64,000 bases of DNA from an uncultured Lachnospiraceae bacterium (GTDB lineage Bacteria > Bacillota > Clostridia > Lachnospirales > Lachnospiraceae), in assembly GCA_944380065.1 (NCBI GenBank), contig CALWGM010000114.1, positions 31,082 to 95,081 of the forward strand. Reading direction: 5' to 3'. A program made the translations under genes and the position numbers. Below the pieces are notes generated by a model, which worked only from the letters and a program-made list of their open reading frames with translations, was not told where the DNA came from and did no database searches. Within the stretch, counting starts at the first letter, position 1, and the number at the start of each line of letters is the position of its first letter. Below are positions 24,802-34,226 of the stretch, in pieces.

Positions 24802-26562
24802 CTATTGTCCGCCCGGATTTTCCTCCTCTGTGCTTTCTTCCGGGATCTCCTCTTTTTCCAGTCCCAGATAGGGCAGCACATCCGCGAAAATCTCCTGCAT
24901 CACAGGCGCGGCGATGGTTCCCCCGTAATAAACTCCCTGGGGATCATAGATCACCACCAGGCCGATCACCTGGGGATCCTCCGCAGGGGCGAATCCCAGG
25001 AAGGACGAAATATACTTTTTTTCACTCCGCGGCAGCGTCTGGGAGGTGGCGGTCTTCCCTCCGATGGAAAATCCCTCCACGGCCCCCTTCTGGCCGGTGC
25101 CCTCGCTGACCACTTTCTCCAAAAGCTCCCGCAGCGTCTCCGAGGTCCGGGCGGAAACAATCCCTTCTTCCTGCCCGTAGGAAAACTCCTCCGTCACATT
25201 CCCGTTTTCATCCTCCGTGCGAAGGCCAAAATGGGGCGTGACGCGCGTCCCTCCGTTGATCAGGGAAGATACCGTGGTAATCAGCTGGATGGGCGTGATC
25301 TGAAACGACTGCCCGAAGGCGATGGTCGCCAGTTCCACCTGGCCGATCTTTTCCTCCGCATGCATAATGGTGGACGCCTCCCCCGGAAGATCAATATTGG
25401 TGGCGGACATCAGTCCGAACTGTTCAAAATATTTACAGAAATTGTGCGCCCCCAGGCGGAGCCCCAGCTCAATAAACACCGGGTTGCAGGAATTCATAAT
25501 CCCTTCCGTAAATGTCTCCGCCCCGTGTCCGGCTGTCTTATGGCAGCGGATCCGCCGGTCCTCCACGATCTTATAGCCGGGGCAGTAAAAACGGTCGTCG
25601 GTGGATACCACGCCCTGTTCCAGGGCCGCCGCCGTGGTGATGATTTTAAAGGTGGAGCCCGGCTCATAGGTGTCGCTGACGCACCGGTTGCGCCACATCT
25701 GGTTCAGCAGCTCCTGCTCCTCTTCCTCCGACGCGGCTTCCTGCTGCAGGGTAAACGGTTCGTTCAGATTATATTCCGGCACATTGACCATGGCCAGGAT
25801 CTCCCCGCTTCTCGGATCCATAAGAATCACGCTGACCGCCTCGGCCTGTTTCTCCTCTAAGACACGCTCGGCCGCCTGCTGGGCGTAGCACTGGATATTA
25901 TAATCCAGGCTGGTCACCAGGTTATCCCCGTTTTCCGGTTCCTGCCTGCGCTCCCCGGTTTCTGCAATTTCCACGCCGGAAGCGTCGGTCATGGTCAGGA
26001 TCTTCCCCTCTGTACCCGCCAGCCATTCCTCATACATGACCTCCAGCCCCAGGATCCCCTGGTTATCGCCCCCGGTGAAACCCAAGACCCGGGAAGCCAG
26101 CTCGTCATAGGGATAGTATCGCTTATAATCCACATCCACTTTCACGCCCGCCAGGTCATAGCCAAGGATCCGGTCTCCCGTCTCCTTCGGCACATTGGAG
26201 CGGATCCTCTCAATGGAACTGATCTTCTCCACCCGTTTCCGGACGGTTTCCTCCGGCAGCTCCAGTTCTTTCGCCAGCACGCGGATCACAGCTTCCCCGT
26301 CCTCGATCTGGCTGTGGATCACAGAAACCGTACACACCGACTGGTTTGCGGCCAGTACAACACCATTCCGATCCAGGATCTCCCCTCTGGCCGCCTTGAT
26401 GCTGCGCTCCCGCTCATGCAGGTCCTGCGCTTTTTCACTGTAAAATTCCGACCTGGCAAGCATCAGCCAGGCCAGCCTTCCCATCAGAAAGGTCAGGGTT
26501 CCGGCCACAATCAGAGCCAGAACCAGAATCTTCCGTTTCTGAAATGTTTTCAAACGTTTCAA
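24802..26562 (-). CDS. Class B penicillin-binding protein, SpoVD-like
   Basis: RGEILDRNG, RYYP, YEPGSTFK (SxxK), SCN (SxN), GKTATS; second PBP of the dcw cluster; TTG start. Confidence 0.88.
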   Translation of the reverse strand: MKRLKTFQKRKILVLALIVAGTLTFLMGRLAWLMLARSEFYSEKAQDLHERERSIKAARGEILDRNGVVLAANQSVCTVSVIHSQIEDGEAVIRVLAKELELPEETVRKRVEKISSIERIRSNVPKETGDRILGYDLAGVKVDVDYKRYYPYDELASRVLGFTGGDNQGILGLEVMYEEWLAGTEGKILTMTDASGVEIAETGERRQEPENGDNLVTSLDYNIQCYAQQAAERVLEEKQAEAVSVILMDPRSGEILAMVNVPEYNLNEPFTLQQEAASEEEEQELLNQMWRNRCVSDTYEPGSTFKIITTAAALEQGVVSTDDRFYCPGYKIVEDRRIRCHKTAGHGAETFTEGIMNSCNPVFIELGLRLGAHNFCKYFEQFGLMSATNIDLPGEASTIMHAEEKIGQVELATIAFGQSFQITPIQLITTVSSLINGGTRVTPHFGLRTEDENGNVTEEFSYGQEEGIVSARTSETLRELLEKVVSEGTGQKGAVEGFSIGGKTATSQTLPRSEKKYISSFLGFAPAEDPQVIGLVVIYDPQGVYYGGTIAAPVMQEIFADVLPYLGLEKEEIPEESTEEENPGGQ

Positions 26563-26617
26563 ACATATGCTCCGGAAATACCGTTTATTACAATCTATTC
26601 ATCCTGTCTTTTCTTCA

Positions 26618-28678
26618 TTACTGGCCTGCCCCGGTCTGGTTCGGCTCCCCGATGATATCCAGGTCGGCGTTCACCCCGGTCTGTTCTTCATCCGGATAAA
26701 TATTCAGGTAAGGCAGCGCCTCTTTCAGGATCTCCCGCACCAGGTTCTGGGCGTAAGAGCTGTGGGCCTGATCCTCCACATTCGGCTCATCCACAACGGC
26801 GTAGATCACGATTTCCGGATCATCCGCCGGGACGGAACCGATAAAGGACACCAGATATTTGCCGTCCGCACGCTGCGAAGTGGCATTTCCCTCTTCATTC
26901 AGCACGAATTTTTCCGCCGTACCCGTCTTGCCGCACATCGAATAGCCGTCCACCTTGGCGGTCTTTCCGCTTCCCTCATCCACAACGGCTTTCAGATATC
27001 CCCGGACTGTAGAGGCCGTTTCCTCTGACAGGGGCTCCCGCAGCACGGTGGGATCAATCTCCCTGACCGTGTTTCCGTTTTCATCCTCTAACTCATTCAC
27101 CACGTGGGGCAGATAATACGTGCCCCCGTTGACGATGGAGCTGTAGGCGCTGGCCAGCTGCACCATGGTCACGTTAAAGTTCTGCCCGAAGGAATTGGTG
27201 GCCAGGTTGATGGTATTCAGATCCTCCGCCTTATAGATCAGCGTGTCCGTCCGGCTCTCTCCCGGCAGGTCGATATTGGTCTTTAACCCAAAGTTGAACA
27301 GCCGCTGGTACCGGGCAAAATTTTCTCCCCCGATCTTATAGGACATCTGCATCAGGGAGTCGTTGCAGGAGTCCTCTAATGCGCCGGACATGGTCTCCAT
27401 ACCGTGGCCGCTGCGGTTGACACAGTGGATGGTATGTCCTGAAATCTGTTCATACCCGTCGCAGTAAAAAGTCATATCCTCCGTCAGCGTCCCCGTCTCC
27501 AGTCCGCAGGCAATGGTAAAGGGCTTCGCCGTGGAACCCGGCTCATACGTATAGGTGAGACAGAAATTCTGTTTCAGCCCCTCCGTTGCCTTTTTCTTCG
27601 CGTTTTCATCCATGGCCGCTAACTCCTCCTGGGTATAGAACAGCGCCAGGTTCTCGTCCGCGGTCAGCGTATAGTCATAGTTGGGGTAATTGGCCATGGC
27701 CAGAACCTCCCCGGAGTCCGGATCCATCATCAGCACCGCGATATGCTCCGCGCCGCCGCCGGGCTCAGCCCCGTTGGTCAGCCTGGTATAGAATTCTTTG
27801 ACCTTTGTCTCCACAATGGTCTGCAGGTTTGCGTCCACCGTGGATACGACCGTCTGCCCGTTGACAGCTTCCTTCATGTTGATCTCATAGTTGGAATCCG
27901 GGTTCAGGTACCCGTACTGCCGTCCGTCCGTCCCGTTTAACACATCGTTGTAGGAATCTTCAATCCCGCCGATTCCCAGATTCCCGGCCGCCGTATATCC
28001 CACCAGGGCGCTTGCCAGGGATCCGTAGGGGTATTCCCGGATATATTCTTTTTCAAACCAGATGCCCATGATCTTCCGGTCTTCTTTTTCTTCCTGTTCC
28101 TCTTTCTGGTCTTCTTCCGGGGTTTCCTCCTCTTCCTCTTCTTCCCCGTAATTTACCTTCTCCTGCAGCGCCTCGAACGCTTCGATCTCCTCAGCGGGAA
28201 GCTTTTCCGCGATCTTTAAGTATCTGCTGTCTTTGTTGTCCGCGATAAAGGCGCGGATCTCCTCGAAGCTGTAGTTCAGCTCCTCCTCCCGGAAACACTC
28301 CCGCAGCGCCTCCATTGTCGGCTCTAAATAGCTCTCCTTGGAGGTCAGCACGCTGCAGTCCAAAATCACATTGTACACGTCGGTGCTGGTTGCCAGCACC
28401 GTACCCTTGCGGTCCACAATATCCCCTCTGCGGAACGGTATGGTGGTACTGCCGTACTCCTGGTTGCTGAGCACGATCTTTTCATACCGCTCCCCGCTTT
28501 TTACCTCAATAAAACCAAGGCGTCCGATCATAACAACCAGGACGCCGGCCACGCACAGAAACAAAATGGTCAGCTTCTTTTTCATGCGGAGCAGAAAACG
28601 AAACTGTTTTTTCTGTTTTTTCTTTTTTTTCTTTTTGATCCGTGCCTTTATTTTTCTGAATAACTTTACAAATATCAT
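26618..28678 (-). CDS. Class B penicillin-binding protein (FtsI/PBP2B-like)
   Basis: RGDIVDRKG, REYPYG, YEPGSTAK, SCN, KTGT; an acidic insert EEEEEETPEEDQKEEQEEKE; probable ATG 28678. Confidence 0.9.
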   Translation of the reverse strand: MIFVKLFRKIKARIKKKKKKKQKKQFRFLLRMKKKLTILFLCVAGVLVVMIGRLGFIEVKSGERYEKIVLSNQEYGSTTIPFRRGDIVDRKGTVLATSTDVYNVILDCSVLTSKESYLEPTMEALRECFREEELNYSFEEIRAFIADNKDSRYLKIAEKLPAEEIEAFEALQEKVNYGEEEEEEETPEEDQKEEQEEKEDRKIMGIWFEKEYIREYPYGSLASALVGYTAAGNLGIGGIEDSYNDVLNGTDGRQYGYLNPDSNYEINMKEAVNGQTVVSTVDANLQTIVETKVKEFYTRLTNGAEPGGGAEHIAVLMMDPDSGEVLAMANYPNYDYTLTADENLALFYTQEELAAMDENAKKKATEGLKQNFCLTYTYEPGSTAKPFTIACGLETGTLTEDMTFYCDGYEQISGHTIHCVNRSGHGMETMSGALEDSCNDSLMQMSYKIGGENFARYQRLFNFGLKTNIDLPGESRTDTLIYKAEDLNTINLATNSFGQNFNVTMVQLASAYSSIVNGGTYYLPHVVNELEDENGNTVREIDPTVLREPLSEETASTVRGYLKAVVDEGSGKTAKVDGYSMCGKTGTAEKFVLNEEGNATSQRADGKYLVSFIGSVPADDPEIVIYAVVDEPNVEDQAHSSYAQNLVREILKEALPYLNIYPDEEQTGVNADLDIIGEPNQTGAGQ

Positions 28679-28694
28679 AACCTGCATCACCTGT

Positions 28695-29213
28695 TTATCT
28701 GGATGCCACATCCGTATACTGGTTCATATAATCACTGCTCTCCACGGAATAATACCGGATCTGCCCGGAGTCCGGGTAAACGAGCCCCAGTTCTCCCGCC
28801 CGTGCCTTGATCTCCTCCAATGTCATGGATGTCTCCAGCCGGCTCTCCGCCGCATGGTTATCCGCCTGCAGTTCGCTGATCTTCGTTTCCAGCGCTGCAA
28901 TGTCGGAAATGCGGCTGGTGATATTGGCCTGAAAATAAACAAAAACAGCACATACCGCAAAACAGAGAAGTGTCACAACCGTCAGAAAAACCACATATCC
29001 GCGGTTCACCGCCATCGCCCGCTGGCAGTTCCTCCTGGCCGCCCGCCGTCTCTCATGCTGCCGGGCCAGTTCTTCCCTCGAAGGCTGCGGTACCGCCGCG
29101 CTCCGCCCGGGCATTTCCGGATGTCTCCGGGGCGCCGCCTCATATCTGCGCACCGTATTGCCTTCTATGTAAGTATGTTCCTGATTTCTGTTTCTGCTTG
29201 CCATTTCTACCAT
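28695..29213 (-). CDS. Cell division protein FtsL-like
   Basis: Single TM helix then coiled coil (I..LE..I..L..DN..LE..L..), [13 protein letters not shown]; sits between rsmH and the PBP. Confidence 0.75.
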   Translation of the reverse strand: MVEMASRNRNQEHTYIEGNTVRRYEAAPRRHPEMPGRSAAVPQPSREELARQHERRRAARRNCQRAMAVNRGYVVFLTVVTLLCFAVCAVFVYFQANITSRISDIAALETKISELQADNHAAESRLETSMTLEEIKARAGELGLVYPDSGQIRYYSVESSDYMNQYTDVASR

Positions 29214-30217
29214 CTCTTTCCTGATTCATTTCTTCCAGCAGCCTCCGGCTGCTGCTTTTTCTCAAATACCCGAAGCTTTGCGCTTTTTGATCTTCTGTTC
29301 TGTTCCAGTTCCTCTTCTGTCGGAAGAATCGGCTTTTTCGTCAGCATTTTACCCCGGGAGGTCTTCCCGCATACGCAGACAGGAAAATTGGGCGGGCAGG
29401 TACATGGGTTTTCATTCCGCTTAAAACAGTTTTTCACAATACGGTCCTCGATGGAATGGAATGTGATCACACACAGCCTCCCGCCTGGTTTTAAAATCCC
29501 GATCATCCCGTCCAGGGAATCCCGGAGAACCTCCAATTCACGGTTCAGTTCGATCCGGATCGCCTGGTATGTCCGTTTGGATGGGTGTCCGCCGGAGGCC
29601 CTGGCCTTTGCCGGGATCGCCGCGCGGATGATCTCATTTAACTGCCCTGCCGTCTCAATGGGCTCCCTTTCCCGCGTCATTACAATCTGCCTGGCTATAT
29701 TTTTAGCGAACTTTTCCTCCCCGTTTTCCCGGATCATCCGGCACAGCTCATCTTCGCTGTATTCCGCTAAAATATCCCTGGCTGTCATCCGCTGTCTCTG
29801 GTCCATCCGCATATCCAGGGGAGCGTTTTCATCCCGGTAGGTAAAACCGCGTTCCGGCTCGTCCAGCTGATAGGAGGAAACTCCCAGATCCAGCAGGATC
29901 CCGTCCACCTGGCTGATCCCCAGCTCTGCCAGCCGGGGAACCATCTCCGCGTAATTGCTGCGGATCACCGTCACCTGCCCTTCAAAGGGCTTCAGCCGCC
30001 GGCTCGCCGCCGCGACAGCCGCCGCATCCTGATCGATGCCGATCAGCCTCCCTTTTTCGGAAAGCCGGCGGCAGACCTCATAACTGTGCCCGGCGCCTCC
30101 CAGCGTGCCGTCCACATAGATCCCGTCAGGATCCGTCACCAGTGCGTCCACCGTCTCCTGCAGCATCACCGAAACATGCGCAAATTCCTTTTTTGTCTCC
30201 ATATACTGTGGATGCAC
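29207..30217 (-). CDS. rsmH: 16S rRNA (cytosine1402-N4)-methyltransferase
   Basis: [65 protein letters not shown]. Confidence 0.98.
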   Translation of the reverse strand: MHPQYMETKKEFAHVSVMLQETVDALVTDPDGIYVDGTLGGAGHSYEVCRRLSEKGRLIGIDQDAAAVAAASRRLKPFEGQVTVIRSNYAEMVPRLAELGISQVDGILLDLGVSSYQLDEPERGFTYRDENAPLDMRMDQRQRMTARDILAEYSEDELCRMIRENGEEKFAKNIARQIVMTREREPIETAGQLNEIIRAAIPAKARASGGHPSKRTYQAIRIELNRELEVLRDSLDGMIGILKPGGRLCVITFHSIEDRIVKNCFKRNENPCTCPPNFPVCVCGKTSRGKMLTKKPILPTEEELEQNRRSKSAKLRVFEKKQQPEAAGRNESGKRW

Positions 30218-30232
30218 CTCCGATCCCCTGTC

Positions 30233-30670
30233 TCAGATTCCCAGACCCAGAGCCGCCATATGCTCTGCGATCTCATCCATATCGTCGTACTCATTCTCCT
30301 GCCAGCGCTCTTTGCTCCAGATCTCGATCCGGTTTAAAACGCCCACTAAAACGACCTCTTTGTTCAGGCCGGCAAATTCCCTTAAAACCGAAGGGATCAG
30401 GACACGCCCCTGCCTGTCCACCTCGCAGTCGGCTGCGCCCGCAAAGAAAAAGCGGGAGAATTTTCTCGCATCTTTTGTGGTAAGCGGTATCTCGCGGAAT
30501 TTGTTTTCAATGTTCTCCCACTCTTTGTTGGGATATACGAACAGACAGCCGTCCAGTCCTTTGGTCACGACAAACTCTTCGCCCAGGATCTCCCGGAACT
30601 TCGCCGGCATGATGATCCTGCCTTTGGCATCTACCGAATGGCTGTACTCGCCCTTGAACACTGAAAACAC
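30233..30670 (-). CDS. mraZ: Division/cell wall cluster transcriptional repressor MraZ
   Basis: GEYSHSVDAKGRIIMPAKFRE, KGLDGCLFVYP, DRQGRVLIP, EIWSKERW. Confidence 0.98.
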   Translation of the reverse strand: MFSVFKGEYSHSVDAKGRIIMPAKFREILGEEFVVTKGLDGCLFVYPNKEWENIENKFREIPLTTKDARKFSRFFFAGAADCEVDRQGRVLIPSVLREFAGLNKEVVLVGVLNRIEIWSKERWQENEYDDMDEIAEHMAALGLGI

Positions 30671-30726
30671 CTTCTTCCCCGCTCAGATTTGAAATGGGGA
30701 AAGGGAAAAGATATCAACAAAGTTAT

Positions 30727-30819
30727 CCACATTATCCACTTTGTGCCCTTTTAAACCACAAATCCTCCACTTCACGCCACTTGTACCATAATGATATAGC
30801 ATTTCCGGCCAAAAATCAA
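30727..30819 (-). promoter_or_regulatory. dcw promoter with MraZ-binding GTGG repeats
   Basis: TTGATT-N17-TATCAT (30819-30791) followed by five GTGG motifs (plus-strand CCAC at 30777, 30767, 30756, 30736, 30727) at roughly 10-bp phasing. Confidence 0.75.
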
Positions 30820-30994
30820 TGGCTTTTTCCCCGGGGACACCAAAAATTCATCATCCGGATACACAAAAAAAGAGCCCGGATCTGCGAAAATCCCGGCCCT
30901 TTTTTCTATTCCGTTATTCAGTTTTTCCCAAAGTGGAGGGATCTCCCATTTTCGCGGGATTCCCTGCCCGTGTTCTGATGGTTTCTGTTCCTGA

Positions 30995-31141
30995 TCATCT
31001 GCCATAATACTGGTCGATCAGCTGATCCACCCTGCGGCTCTGGCTGACCACCTGCTCCTCTTTTGCACCTTCCCTCACCAGCTGGTTCAGATAATCTCTT
31101 TCCTTTTCAATCTGCGTCCGTAATTCCTTCTTTTTGTCCAT
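30995..31141 (-). CDS. Spo0E-like aspartyl-phosphate phosphatase family small protein (48 aa; absent from the ORF track)
   Basis: RBS AGGAGG; translates as MDKKKELRTQIEKERDYLNQLVREGAKEEQVVSQSRRVDQLIDQYYGR; SRRVDQLIDQY matches the S-x-x-(L/V)D-x-LI-x-x-Y pattern of the Spo0E SQELD motif. Confidence 0.75.
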   Translation of the reverse strand: MDKKKELRTQIEKERDYLNQLVREGAKEEQVVSQSRRVDQLIDQYYGR

Positions 31142-31412
31142 AACTGCACCTCCTGAAGTTCTTTTGTTTTTCCGCCTCTGTCCAGGGGCTCCGGCGGCAG
31201 AAGCCGGGGCATCCCGGACAGCGGTTTTTCTGATACCTCCCTATCATACCACGGGGGAATTGCAGAAAAATGTCGTCTTATGTCAATTACCTGCCAAAAT
31301 CCTCAGACCGCGCAGAAAATCCCGGCTGCATCCCCAAAGATACAGCCGGGATGTTCCGGCAGTCAGCATTCTGTTCTGTCTTTATGCCCCGTCCGCCCAT
31401 TCTCAGGCAGCA

Positions 31413-31730
31413 TCAGCATCTGCATCTGAAGTCCGCGCATTCCGTCTCCCGGCAGGAACAGGCATTGCTGCCTCCGCCGATCCCCACATGGTCCGCCGCA
31501 CATTTGCAGTTCTGGTTGTGGACACATTTGACAGCCTCACATTCAATCTCCGCCGTGGGAGATGCATATCCGGTGGAATTCATGGTGTTTGTCCCTTTTT
31601 CCCGGAAACTCTCGCAGCAGGTATCGCCCGCCCGGGTCGCATTCTTCCCGCCGATGGTGATATCCTCTTTGCTGCACAGGCAGTCTCTGTTATAGAGGCA
31701 GTTGGTTACAGTACAATCTAACTGAGTCAT
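31413..31730 (-). CDS. DUF1540 domain protein (two Cys-rich repeats)
   Basis: C.VTNC.YN..C.C....I.IGG and C.A.KC.HN..CKC.A..V.IGG with TCCESF and TECADF. Confidence 0.85.
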   Translation of the reverse strand: MTQLDCTVTNCLYNRDCLCSKEDITIGGKNATRAGDTCCESFREKGTNTMNSTGYASPTAEIECEAVKCVHNQNCKCAADHVGIGGGSNACSCRETECADFRCRC

Positions 31731-31804
31731 AAGAAAGCTCCTTTCTTCTTCCGGACACAGGTCTGCCCGTCCAGACAGGCCCGGAAGCTTTGATTATTGC
31801 CCAG

Positions 31805-31833
31805 TTAGTATGTGCACTGAAAAAAATTTTATT
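31805..31833 (-). promoter_or_regulatory. Sporulation-sigma promoter (sigma-E-type spacing) upstream of the DUF1540 gene
   Basis: GAATAAA-N14-CATACTAA. Confidence 0.5.
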
Positions 31834-31845
31834 CGTTTTTTATGA

Positions 31846-32019
31846 TTACATCTGATGACGCACTACCGCGTACTCATCCCCGTATTTGTAATACGGGCAT
31901 TCTTTACAGCGGCTGCCCAGAAAACGGTACAGGTCGTCCTCATCCAGGTTCACATCGCAGTACCAGCACTCATCGTCCTCATCATAGACATAATTCGCAC
32001 AGGAATCACAGGACGCCAT
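31846..32019 (-). CDS. Small Cys-rich protein, DUF6472-like (57 aa)
   Basis: MASCDSCANYVYDEDDECWYCDVNLDEDDLYRFL..CPYY..GDEYAVVRHQM, immediately downstream of tig. Confidence 0.7.
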   Translation of the reverse strand: MASCDSCANYVYDEDDECWYCDVNLDEDDLYRFLGSRCKECPYYKYGDEYAVVRHQM

Positions 32020-32020
32020 C

Positions 32021-32983
32021 TCACACCTCAACGCTCTCGGCCACAATAAAGTCCAGCGCCTTTTTATGGAGGATATCATCCCCCACCATGCGCACGCCTT
32101 CATCGCCCAGCATCTTCTGCAGCTCACCGATGGTCATCTGGTAGCCTCTGGCCATCTGAAACAGCTCTTCGTTCAGCTCCTCCTCGGTATACGCCATTCC
32201 CTCTGCCCTGGCGATCTCCAGGAGAACGGCCTGGCCCTTTAACATATTCACCGCGTCATGGGTCAGATACTCCTCTAACTGCTCCGGGCTGAGGTTGTTA
32301 TAATCCATATAATCCTGAAGGGTATTGCCGCCGTTGCGCAGCTGACCCTCCAGGCTGTTTTTCAGGATCTGCGCCCGGCCCCGGATCATCTCTTCGGGGA
32401 TCTCCAGCTCGGAAGCCTCCACGATCTTGGTCAGCACTTCGTTTTCCTTCTCCTGCAGCTGCTGATCCTCCTTAAAACGCCGGATCTCGTTCTCCACATA
32501 GCCCTTAAACTCCTCAATGGTCTTGCAGGGAGAGATCTTTGCCACCACTTCGTCCGACAGCTCCGGTGTGATGGTAGCCCGCAGACTCTTAACCGTCACT
32601 TTAAACACCGCGTCCCGTCCCGCATATTCTTTCGCGTGGTAATTGGTGGGGAAGGGAACCTTCACATCCACCTGGTCGCCCACTCTGGCGCCCACTAACT
32701 GCTCTTCAAATCCCGGGATAAACGTATTGGATCCCAAAACCAGCGGATACTCCGTCCCGTCCCCGCCCTCAAAAGGCTGGTCATCAATATAGCCCACAAA
32801 ATCGATCACGATCTGGTCGCCCATGGCCGCCTGGCCGTCTTCTTTATCCTTTGTGACAGACGCATAGGAACGGGCACGCTCCAGCTCCGCCAGAACCTCC
32901 TGCTCCGTCACGGTCACCGGGCGTTTCTGCACGTTCACCCCTTTATAGTCTGCCAATTTTACCTGAATCTTCTGTTCGCTCAT
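32021..32983 (-). CDS. tig: Trigger factor-like FKBP PPIase chaperone lacking most of the N-terminal ribosome-binding domain (320 aa)
   Basis: KLADYKG, GDQIVIDFVG, FEGG, LGSNTFIPGFEEQLVG, V.FP..YHA...G..AVF.V.V; ATG 32983 after GGAGG; own TTGTAT-N17-TAAAAT promoter. Confidence 0.85.
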   Translation of the reverse strand: MSEQKIQVKLADYKGVNVQKRPVTVTEQEVLAELERARSYASVTKDKEDGQAAMGDQIVIDFVGYIDDQPFEGGDGTEYPLVLGSNTFIPGFEEQLVGARVGDQVDVKVPFPTNYHAKEYAGRDAVFKVTVKSLRATITPELSDEVVAKISPCKTIEEFKGYVENEIRRFKEDQQLQEKENEVLTKIVEASELEIPEEMIRGRAQILKNSLEGQLRNGGNTLQDYMDYNNLSPEQLEEYLTHDAVNMLKGQAVLLEIARAEGMAYTEEELNEELFQMARGYQMTIGELQKMLGDEGVRMVGDDILHKKALDFIVAESVEV

Positions 32984-33132
32984 AAAGTCCTCCATGCATG
33001 TAGTCATTTTCCGCAAAGGCTGACAGCCCCGCTGCTTTTTGCAGCCGCCGTATACACAGCTGCCATAACCCATGAGGAACATTTTACAGGATTTGGCGGA
33101 ATTATACAACCGAAACATGGAAAGATACGCAC

Positions 33133-33187
33133 AAAAAAAGAAAAAGGCACCGGGAGTTATTCTCCGCAGCACCCTTGCCTTTGATAG
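33133..33187 (-). ncRNA. Candidate ~55-nt small RNA
   Basis: TTGACA-N17-TAGGAT (33221-33193) directly precedes a hairpin (AAAGGCA/TGCCTTT, inner GGAG-AATAA-CTCC) and a T-tract; no ORF. Confidence 0.4.
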
Positions 33188-33321
33188 TTGATATCCTACC
33201 GCCTCCAAAATAAAATGTCAATAAAAATTATAAAATTTCTATAAATTCGGCATTTTGTCGAATCTGTATATTTCCTCATGCCATTTTTGTGCAGGATTAC
33301 CATCCCGAAACTCCGCGCCAG

Positions 33322-34218
33322 TTACGGTTCACTTCGTTCACAGTAACCCGCGCCATACTGTTCCACCACATGCTGATACAATGTCTTCGCCGCCGGCGAC
33401 AGAAGGGCGGGGTTCAGCGCGGAAATACCGATGATCCGGCTGGCCTCCGGAAAGGTGGGATAGGTGTCCACCGTATACGGGATATCATTCATCACCAGCT
33501 CCGGCATAATACAGATCCCGAATCCCGCCGCCACCATGGCGATGGTGGAAAGATCGTCCACCACATGATAGTCCGAGCGGACATTCAGATCATTTTCTTT
33601 CATAAATTTCACAATATCCGCATCCGTGGATTCCATCTGGGAAACAAAGATCTGGTCCTTCATCTCATCCGGCGTCATGTACGGCGTATCTTCCCGTTTG
33701 CAGAATCCTTTCGGCACCACACAGAGCAGCGGATCCCGGTAAAGAGGCTGTATGGGAAGCTCGCCGGCGCTTGATACAGACAAAAATCCCACATCCACAA
33801 TACCGCTTCTGATCCAGTATTCCACATCCGCATACGTTCCCTGGTAAATTTCCATATGGATTGCAGGGTACTTTTCCCGGAAGGAGCGGATAATGTCCGT
33901 CATCCAGTTGGTACACACGCTGGAAAAGCATCCCACTTTCACATCCCCCTGCTGCAGTCCGTTCAGCCCGGCAATCACCTGCTGCAGACTCTCGTCGCTG
34001 TTCAGCACCGCATTCACATAGGGAAGCAGACGTTCTCCGTAATTGGTCAGGGCAACGCCGGCCTTACTCCTGGTAAAAAGAGAAAAGCCCAGTTCTTTCT
34101 CCATGGAAGAGACCGCGTGACTGACGGCAGAAGGCGTCAGACTCAATACCTCTGCCGCCTTCTGAAAACTTCCCTGTTCCACTACCGCTTTAAATACCTG
34201 ATACGAAAGTAAGGTCAT
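33322..34218 (-). CDS. LysR family transcriptional regulator
   Basis: MTLLSYQVFKAV..GSFQKAAE.L.LTPSAVSHAVSSMEKELGF.LF.R HTH plus substrate-binding domain. Confidence 0.95.
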   Translation of the reverse strand: MTLLSYQVFKAVVEQGSFQKAAEVLSLTPSAVSHAVSSMEKELGFSLFTRSKAGVALTNYGERLLPYVNAVLNSDESLQQVIAGLNGLQQGDVKVGCFSSVCTNWMTDIIRSFREKYPAIHMEIYQGTYADVEYWIRSGIVDVGFLSVSSAGELPIQPLYRDPLLCVVPKGFCKREDTPYMTPDEMKDQIFVSQMESTDADIVKFMKENDLNVRSDYHVVDDLSTIAMVAAGFGICIMPELVMNDIPYTVDTYPTFPEASRIIGISALNPALLSPAAKTLYQHVVEQYGAGYCERSEP

Positions 34219-34226
34219 TTTTCTGA

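Noticed and set aside
26562-26590. Sigma-E-like promoter (ATAAA-N14-CATATGTT) for the SpoVD-like PBP
   Set aside because: The -10 would overlap the TTG start codon, so the transcript could not include the conserved N-terminus.
28125-28145. Acidic low-complexity insert in the first PBP as a contingency repeat
   Set aside because: In-frame, imperfect GAA/GAG run in a surface loop; no phase-variation signature.
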